Positions 51,301 through 59,799 of a DNA stretch of 59,799 nt are shown one piece after another. This stretch comes from Chromera velia (Eukaryota): the NCBI GenBank assembly GCA_018398765.1, contig JAHBMJ010000009.1:1-59799 (forward strand). Reading direction: 5' to 3'. Below the pieces are notes generated by a model. The model did no database searches. It was given only the letters and a program-made list of their open reading frames with translations, and had not been told where the DNA came from. Positions within the stretch are counted from its first letter, which is position 1. The number at the start of each line of letters is the position of its first letter. Made by a program: the position numbers and the translations under genes.

Positions 51301-54300
51301 AGGCTGGCGAGGGGCTTTGCGATGCCACATTGCTCTCCATCGCTTTGTTTCCGGTCGGTGCCCCGGACGGAGCCTCAAGTTTGTGTATGTACATGCAGAC
51401 ACCTGCAGGGAGGAAAAGGAGAGGAGAAGTGGTTGAATGACGGAGTTCGAAGATATCAGCTCCGTTTGACGGTTAAGATGCACAAGGAGGGGCGGGCTGT
51501 AGAAAGAGGTGGTTGAAAAGTGCGGGATTCGTACGGCAGAATACAGCGTGCCCCCTGAAGGCGATAGAAGAGCTGTCATGAGCAAGGTAAACGCCGCGAA
51601 CTGGAGTACTGCTTACAGTAAAGGCCGGAGTGTTGTGTGTTACTGAATATCACAGCACTGACCTTGACCGATACAGCAGCTTGTGGCGTGCAGAGGGATC
51701 CCTTCCTCGTTCCTCACATCCTCCGACCTGCGAGGAGCATCAATTCATCGTTGTGGATGCATGCTTTTCCCTTAAGTCTTTGCGACATTAGCATCTGGCG
51801 GGTTCTCTCAAAGGGCGTTCGACTCGTGGTCTGCCTTACCGTGACTTTAGAAGAGACACGTGCAGTCGACTCCGTCGCAAAGAGACATGAGCTACCAGAT
51901 CTCTGTGTCACCCGGGCACACACTGAAATTGCCGAACGGTCCGGCATTCAGAGGAGTCATTGAGAAGAGCCTTCAGTCAGCACGCGGGCGCCAGCTTCCC
52001 CCAGAGTGGAGAGGTGAAGAGGTGGAGAGGGGGAGGGGGTCCGGGTAAGAGGGAATGTCCGTCTATGTGTTTCCCGTCTTCACAGTTCAGGGTCTTGCCA
52101 GGAGGAAGGCAGTTGAATCAATCGCTGACAATCAGTGCTTTGCATGGGCTCGGGTCCAGCGTGAAAGCGACTCGAGAGATGTTCAGTCATGCGCACTTGT
52201 ACGAGTTTGAAACTGCAATACATGCAGGTTCGGCCGGCCGACGCGTATACGCGATTGATGCATGGGACATACAGGCGTGCATGCACGCAAGAAAATTGAG
52301 GTTGACTCAGATGGCAGTCTTCAACGCGAAGAGGCCCCAGTAAAAAGGTGTGAATCTGCGCATCCGCAGAATCGGCGCAGATCACGGTGTGGAACCAAAA
52401 ACATATGCTTGTGAAGCACCTCCGCGTGCCATCCACGGAACGCACATGCATGCACTTTCAGTCACACAAATGGAGAGTGTGTCTCTTGAAAAAACTCGTT
52501 AATTAATTAATTAAATTAAATTAAATTAAATCCAAAAATTGGATCGGATATATATATATATATATATACAGAGGCTGATGATCAGATACAGAGGCTGAAA
52601 TTACCTGTAAGGACGACCATCTTGTGCGAAGTGACGCCGAAGTAGGACACGGCAAATTCGCTCCTTGCATCTGTATCGTGTTGCAAAGCAAAGCTCTCAA
52701 CAGCTCTCAGCCCTCTCTGCGAGACGCTGTCCCTTCTGTCAGCCAGTGTTGCAGGCAACATCAACTCCAATAAACACAGCGAATGTGCGAGACCGACTGC
52801 GGTCGAAAGGTGATGAAATTCGGGCAGGTGGGCCCCTCCTTTTTTTGTTCTTGTGCGAGCGTGAATCACAACAGAATTACGAGTTTCGAAACAGAATCAG
52901 TTTTCCCAAAAAACTCCAGTTTTCTTCTCGGAACTCGAGTTTTCCACTGAAACACAAAGTGAAAACCCTGATCGTTCTCCGAAAACTCAAAATCAACTCT
53001 GAGGCCCCGCGCAAGCAAGTATGGACCGATAGAAGAAGTCTGACCTTGCAAACCACTGGTTGAGAAACGCAAACTCAGAGCTGCCATTGCTCAGGGAAAG
53101 GGATCCCGCTTGAGACAGTCATTGCGAGCCCAACCTCTGCTGGGTCTGTCTGAAGACTGTTGGAACTCCATGAAGCCTGCAACATCCCGAACTTCACCTT
53201 TCCTGAGGCAAAAGGTGCCATTCCGCAGAAGGAGTCGAATATGTCAATACATATTCATTCTGGAACCTCTAAGTGTTGCACTTGTGTTGCAGACCCTTTC
53301 AAAGTCATCCCATGCAAGGTCATTTCGACTGAAAGCCCTGCAAGCAGGCAGGTGGACGGTCTTTTGCCATCAATCGATCGATCGATTGATCGGCATTCGG
53401 TCCCGCTCTTGTGCTCCGCCCTGCAGAAGCCATCTGCGGCCTTTCAATCGATCGATTGACTCTTTCATTGGAGTGCCAGGATGTTCTTCTCCGCGCTCAT
53501 TGTCCTCGCAACTCTGGTTGGAGCCTCTGGACTTCGGCATCTGACCAAAGCGAAGGAACAATGCCCTTGCAGGTGCTTTCGATCCGAATTCTTGGCACTG
53601 TACCCTACAGAGCATGCCTCTGACTGGTGGAACTGTTCAGCTTTTGAAGAACGTCATCCCAAGCTGATATCGCCTCCTCCGTGCAGCGACCTCTGTCCAG
53701 GCACGTCCAGACCGAAATCTTTTGGCGCTTCATCCTGAAGCAAGCTCCTGTGGACGCCAGTCGAAGTCGCTTGCAGAGTCTGCGGCAACTCTGACCTGAG
53801 GCTCCTGTTTTAGCGAATGTGCCGCAAGCTTGGACAAAGCCGAATGCCCGACTGGTATTACGGACTGGAAGTTCGAGTTCGCGATTTCCGATGTTGAAGT
53901 CTCAGCAGCAGGTCCAGCGGAATCGGGCTTCATGCTTCGAAACGCCTGTCTGCCTGCCTACCTTTTGGCACAAAGGTTCACCCATCAAACTTGAGCGCTT
54001 CTGATAGGCTGTGGAGCCGGGCAGCAACGGTTTCTCTGCACACCGAAGAGAAGCGAGAAGCGTGAATGCGATACGAGAGAGGATGGAAGCATGCTCACGG
54101 CAACTTCTGGTGGACGGCTTGTGGCGAGGCTGAGTGTCCCGAGGAAAAGCGAGTCGGCCGAACGACGCGTCGATGCCTTCCCTTCCAAGGTTGATGAAGC
54201 GATTGTAGCTTTGACTCTAGCTTTGACTCTGTACAAAAATAGATTTTTATTTTTTATCCTGGGCCTATGGGGTCATGGGCCACAAACCTGAGTTTAGAAT

Positions 54301-54632
54301 TTAGATTTGCATGGACTGATTCAACCCCTTAGCTAAGTATTTAAAAACCACAGAACAATTATGATTGGTCGATGCCTAGGCAGCCTAGTCCCTAGCCTAG
54401 TCCATAGTGTTTAGCAGTGGAGTCTAGAGTAAAGTATGAGTTAGGTAGGTTTTACTAGGATCGAAAACGACATAACATAGTCGACACCACTAACAAATCC
54501 TAGAAAGCCCTAGAGATAAGAAAATCACTAAAAACTAAACTAAAAGCTAAATTAAGACTCTTAAAATTAATGAGCTATTGTCAAAGCTAAGAGCTTACAT
54601 AAGTTTTTAGCTTACAGTCACCCTAGAGAGTC

Positions 54633-54779
54633 ACCTCGAAGATTTGAGATTAAAGGTTCAGATTTGAAGTAGATTTGATAGGATTTGATAGGTCGTATCA
54701 TGCTAAAGTTTCTCAGGCCTAAGATTTGATTTGAGATTAAGCTCTACTTTAAATCAAATCAAATCAAATCTGGTCACTA
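54633..54779. mobile_element. Right end of a TIR DNA transposon with ATTTG subterminal repeats
   Basis: Ends AAATCAAATCAAATCTGGTCACTA; about 150-bp reverse-complement similarity to 59433-59590. Confidence 0.65.
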
Positions 54780-54944
54780 TTATCAGTTCATCTAGTTTGG
54801 TAACTTTGGTATACTTTTATCAAAGATTGACACTGTTGGTCTAGGTAAAATTAGGCAAACTATGAAATGTCAGCATTGTATTGAAACATAAATGTCGTTG
54901 TCGATCAGTGCCGTTTATACGTTTAGTGTCAATAACGGCATTTA

Positions 54945-57900
54945 TTGCCCACCACCGTTATTAATTTTCTCCATGCAGAAAATGACCTGTTTTTTCTGCC
55001 TCTGGAGATAGACAGGACTTCCCCACCCAAGTCCCCACCCATTTCGAATTCCCATTCCGTGTCTCCAGAGGCCGTTGCAGTGGGTCCTGCATTGCCTGTG
55101 TCCCCTCCGTTGTCTCCTTCTCCTGTTGTCCTTGCAAATGGGCACCTCCCCGCTCGTTTGAAGGCAGCTAAACAGAGGAAGCACCAACGAGGAAATCGCA
55201 CCTAGTCTCATGTTGTGCAAGCCCATTCAGAAGAATCTGCTGTCTCTCCCCCCGTTTCTTCATTTTATGACAGTTCTCCAGCCTCCGCTCAGCAGCCCCA
55301 ATCTTCTTCCTCACAGGACCTCCCTCCCATCTCAATAAAAGCCACTGTTGATGAACTCATCCGCGCACATCACGAATGGTTAGGACATGCCGGTATCGAG
55401 GCCACTTGGCGTTCCCTCCGTGCGTCCCTTTCTGACCTCCTTCCCGGTCGTAGCAGCATTTCCCGCCATGCCGTTCAACGCGCCCTGCTCCCATACATCC
55501 GAGGGGGTACGTGTGCGCACATGAAGCCGAGGCATGGGGGGGACGGCACCCGGGGGTCTTTGAAGGTCGATCGCCCCAGGTAGCGAGTGTGTTGTGACCT
55601 GGTGATGGGGTTGAAGGGGGGGTACTCGTTACACATCCAAGATCAGCATGATGATTGGCTCGCCCAAGAGGTAGTCGAAACAAAAGACTCCGCCACAATC
55701 TGTGCTACCTATGATTGTTGGTCCCGCAGTCTGGAGGGTGACCTCACTCCTGAGGTGATGACCGATCACGGACCCGAATTTCAAGGCGACTGGTATGAGT
55801 GGTTGGCTGAGCGGGAAGCTACAAACCCTTTAACCCCTGTGGGCAGCCACCACTCTCTCGGCAAAACAGAGCGTTCCTATCATGAGTGGCTCATGATCTT
55901 ATGGGGCATTTTGAGAGATCGTGGTCTTGACGATTCGCATTGGAAGGAGTTTGCTTCTCTTGCGACAGCGACATACAATCGTCAGCCTCGAAGGTCCTCT
56001 CACAAGAGCCCCTTTGAGCGACGCTGGGGTGCTTAGCCACCCAGTCCTCCCATCGACGCCCTGCATGACCTTCTTTAGACCTTCCATCGTCCCTCTGCTG
56101 AGATGTCTCCCTTTCTCATTGGCTCGTCTGTTTTGTATCATCACCCCGATCACCCCCGCGCCAAACTTGCCCCCCTGTACACTCCTGCGACTATGCTGCA
56201 GCGCATTAGCGAGCATGTGTTCCGCTTACGTCTCCCTTTAGGACGTCCCATCCTGTTACATCGCAGGTGCATCCGTCCCAATGATAGCCCCAACCCCGAC
56301 CCCGTCTATGTCGTTCCATTGCCGTTGGACTCCCCTCTTGAGCGTGCGGATACATCCGTTGGGTCTTCTCAGTAGCAGGAGCAGCAGCAGTAGCAGTCTT
56401 CTGACTCGCCGTGTTCGTCTGCCCCGCATTCTTCCCCCAAGTTTGATATCACCGATTTTGGCAAAGATGAGCTCATTTTTTGGCGGGATGAGAATACAGG
56501 CCGCTGCTTCCTTAGTAGCATCCGTGCTGTCGACCCTGAGGGTGAGGGACGGGTTGAGGTTCAGGCATGGGGGTTAAATGGCAAGCAGTCTCTTGCCAGC
56601 CGACGTATGCAGCCTGCATGGTACCCTTTCAGGGGCCACCCCAAACTTTTGTACGGTGCGCAGAAACCTTCTGGGTATGGGCCCGAGCTTTGTTTTCTGG
56701 TGCCAGAAGAGGTGGTGGAGAGAAACATTGTCCTCTCTGCCGAGGGAACCCTCCCCTCCCACCTTTGTAACACTTACCGAAGTGTTCTTCTGGCCAGCCC
56801 AGAAACTGTGTTCCCCACCGATCGGTTGTCTTCTAATTACCTTGCCTCCTCAGCAGCTGCGGCTGCCATCTTCTCTCCTCCCCCCCACCCAACTCCCGTT
56901 GCAGGTGCCTCTGTTGTGTACTTGTGGAACGAGGATGATGAGGTGGGGCCTGGTGCGTTCTAAGCTGCGACAACTCATATTCCCCTCCCCTGCCGGGGAC
57001 TCATAGTAGAACAACTCGATGGGAGAGCCCAGTCCCGTGCCGCCGAGTTGCAGTTCCTTGCCGATAACGATGCGTACAAGCGAGTCCCAATCGCCGAAGT
57101 AAACGCCGAGCACCGCCGCTCTGCAGTGCCCACGCATTTTGTTGACACCGAGAAGCGTGTTGAGGAAGGTGCTTGGACTTACAAGTCTAGAGTCGTTGCT
57201 GACGGCACTCCTTTCTTCGACCGCCATGAAGGAGTCACCACGTCTTGCGCTACCGTCTCCTAGTCTGCTATACATATTGCCCTTGCCATGGCATTTGCCC
57301 ATTCCGATTTTAACCCCCGTGAAATCGTTGTAGCCGATGTGAAAACAGCATATCTCACGGCTCTCCATTCCGATTCCCTTTACGTCCATCCCCCAAAAGA
57401 TCACCCTGACCATGGGCAGTTCCTGTGGCTCCTCAACCGAGCGCTTTACGGACTTCGCGATTCTGGTAATCTGTGGGACCGCTCTCGCAATAAGACGCTC
57501 GCAGCAGCAGGGTGGGTGCCTTCCTCTGTTTGAGGAATATGGTGGAAATAGACGGGTAAGCCTGAGGCCCCCACTTCACGCCTCCTTAGGATTCTCCCCA
57601 CTTTTGTTGACGACTTTGCCATCCTACCCATTGGTCGATCTGCAGTTCAGCTTGCGCACGAGATCGCAACCAAAGGAGGTTACCAGATGAAGATCACCAA
57701 ACCCAAGAACGGAATCCTCCGCTGGGCAGGGGTGGATTTCAATGTGTCACGAGACTCTGTGCACATCCACCAAACCAAGTACCTCCTGTCTCTCCCCCTC
57801 CCTGAAGGTATGGGAGAGTCTGAAGATTTTTCCGCATCCACTCCCTCTTCCGTTCCCATTCCTTCTCCCGATTTGTTCCCCCTCTCCCCATCGTCTTGCG

Positions 57901-59039
57901 AGCTTCCTTTTGAACCGCCTCGTCTCTTGACAGCCCAAGAAGGCAAAGCCTTTCGTGAACGGCTGGGGTGTCTTTCGTGGGTTGCACGAGATACTCGCCC
58001 TGACTTGTCCTAAGGGTACAATCAACTGAGCCGTCATTCGTCCGCTCCCACTCAAGCCGACGCTGCTTACCTCCTTTCGCTTCTCCGTTATGCCCGTCGC
58101 ACCGTAACCTCCCGTATCCTCCGTATCTCCCGCTCTGATGTCCCTCCCATATCGTCTCCCCTCTCCACTAAGTCATAGAGCGATGCCGCGTTGGGGTCTG
58201 CAAGAAATGCGCATCCACAGTCTGGGTGGCTCTTCACTTTAAAGTCTGCCATCCTGCACTGGCGGGCCTTTTCTCAGAAGCAAGTCGCCAGGTCTTCCAC
58301 CCGAGCAGAGCTCTATGCTGCTCATGACCTCGTTGATTTCTTAGAGTGCCTCTTGCCTGTCCTGCGGTGCGTCTGGAAAGCGGGAGTCACAGCGGAAGTG
58401 GGGGTAGACTTAAATGACTTGCTGAAGCTGGTTTCTAGTGAGATGCCCCGTCTGACCGAGCGTGCCCTCCAGTCCGTCATCGAGTCACTTCAGCTCGGCA
58501 TCATCAAAAAATCGCCCTGCACACTTGTTTTGCATACCTTTTCCCTCCGTGATGCGTTAGATGAAGCTTCCATCCGCCTTTCGTTCGTCCCTTCTCATTC
58601 TAATATGGCTGACCCTTTCACAAAGCCCATGTCAATTGAGCTTTTACTCCCTTATTTCACTTCCCTCTCCCCTCATCCTGACAGTGTGACATCGTCCCCA
58701 TCAGATTTTCCGATTGTCCTGTAAAAAAAAAAAAAAAGGAAGTCATGTAATCAGCCACTTATAGAGAGGCGGCGGCGGGCGTGCAGTGGTCGGCCCGACT
58801 CGGTCGGTCTCGAGCCGCGGCGTTGCTTATCGGAGCAGCACGGCTGGAGGCATTACGGAGAGTATGCATGTATTGATCCATGTTGTGAAGTTGATTCGCG
58901 CAATACTTCGAGTGATTCAATAAAGCAACTCTCAATAGATGAGAGCAGAAGCCGGACAGAAGTCGTGTAGTATTATTCCTGTATAAAGAACCGTAAGATT
59001 GACTGGACTGTCCTTGACTGGACTCTCTAGTTCATTACA
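54945..59039 (+). mobile_element. 5'-truncated LTR retrotransposon: pseudogenised pol (integrase - extra domain - Copia-type RT - RNase H) plus 3' LTR
   Basis: One frame 54945-58724. Integrase: HHEWLGHAG, VCCD, TDHGPEF, GKTER, YN..SPFE. RT (RVT_2 type): YKSRVVADG, DVKTAYL, RALYGLRDSGNLW, FVDD, TRPDLS. RNase H (Ty1 type): SDA, SSTRAELYA, NMADPFTK. Purine tract 58723-58742; LTR TGTAAT(58746)...ATTACA(59039) with AATAAA at about 58919. Confidence 0.93.
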
Positions 59040-59432
59040 CCCATAGTATTTACAAACTCTATGTTTTACTCAAAACATATATCATAATAAACTAGAATGC
59101 TGTAATCTCTAACCTAATTCTAATTCACCCTATAGTCTAGATGATGATAAATAAATAATCATATAATTTTAAATTTACACTTGTCAAGTATAAGTTGTGA
59201 ATTTAAAGAATAAACATCAACTTTGAAATTATATAATTTTTTTATTTAAACAAGAAAGTTGAGCTAGCAACATCATCAACATATTTCTCCCGATTTCGCT
59301 TTGCATATATTAATATATAATTGTTTGGGCAATTTTTGTTCCTGCCAATGATTTAATTACCGTTAAATTTGTTTAATGAATGTTTTATATGATCTAAGGT
59401 ATGGTCTAAGGTCCTAGGTAGTCTTCTGAAGT

Positions 59433-59590
59433 TAGTGACCATGTTTGATTTGATTTGATTTGATTTGATTTGAGGTAGGGCTTAAGCTCAAATCAAATAT
59501 CCAGTCAGGGAGGATCTAGTGTTTAAAGATCTATCAAATACGATCAAATATTTGATTAATATGACTTTCAACCTCAAATATGAAGGTCCC
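59433..59590. mobile_element. Left end of a TIR DNA transposon of the same family as 54633-54779
   Basis: Begins TAGTGACCATGTTTGATTTGATTTG. Confidence 0.65.
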
Positions 59591-59799
59591 GAAAAAACTT
59601 TTGCAAGTACCGATCCGTCACGCATGCTGATTCAAATAAAAAAACCTAAATCTTGATAGTTTACTCTCAAGAAAAAAACGTTTTGAGCTGCACTGAAATT
59701 GACGTTTCACCCCCTTTTACTTCATGCAGAGGTAAACCGATCAGCTGAACGTTTTCCCAAACAGCTGTGTTGACTTTTCTGGTGCTGGAACATCTTTTA

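Noticed and set aside
53481..53738. Small secreted Cys-rich protein MFFSALIVLATLVGASG
   Set aside because: Both strands of 52600-54230 give short stop-interrupted protein-like frames; no consistent gene model or family
54945..58724. Stop-codon reassignment (ciliate-like TAR=Gln) explaining the in-frame stops
   Set aside because: TAG 58176 sits at an aromatic position, a TGA also occurs, pol itself ends at TAA, host genes here end in TAA/TAG/TGA, and non-coding LTRs show the same transitions
58723..58737. Poly(A) tail implying a LINE or processed retrocopy
   Set aside because: It is followed by a TGTAAT...ATTACA LTR, so it is better read as the polypurine tract

Overview
Intron-rich eukaryotic genomic DNA. 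The ERD2 sequence, microsatellite-rich GT-AG introns and abundant TGCATGCA motifs suggest a chromerid alveolate such as Chromera velia (inference). Six genes can be reconstructed by hand: ERD2/KDEL receptor (+); a large discoidin-EGF-GPS-multi-TM receptor-like gene (-) head-to-head with TSR3 (+); an ankyrin-repeat protein (+); a 139-aa spliced gene (-); and a Ser/Pro-rich low-complexity gene (+). The gaps hold many transposons: three nested TIR DNA elements, two short non-autonomous LTR elements, and a 5'-truncated LTR retrotransposon whose single reading frame joins a Gypsy-type integrase to a Copia-type RT/RNase H. The strongest signal is a RIP-like mutation pattern in the repeats. The retrotransposon pol has 12 in-frame stops and no frameshift, each one C>T or G>A change from CAG/CAA/TGG/CGA. 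LTR pairs differ almost only by transitions, many at CpA/TpG, and old repeats have decayed to TpA-rich islands. No database searches were run; family calls rest on motif recognition.
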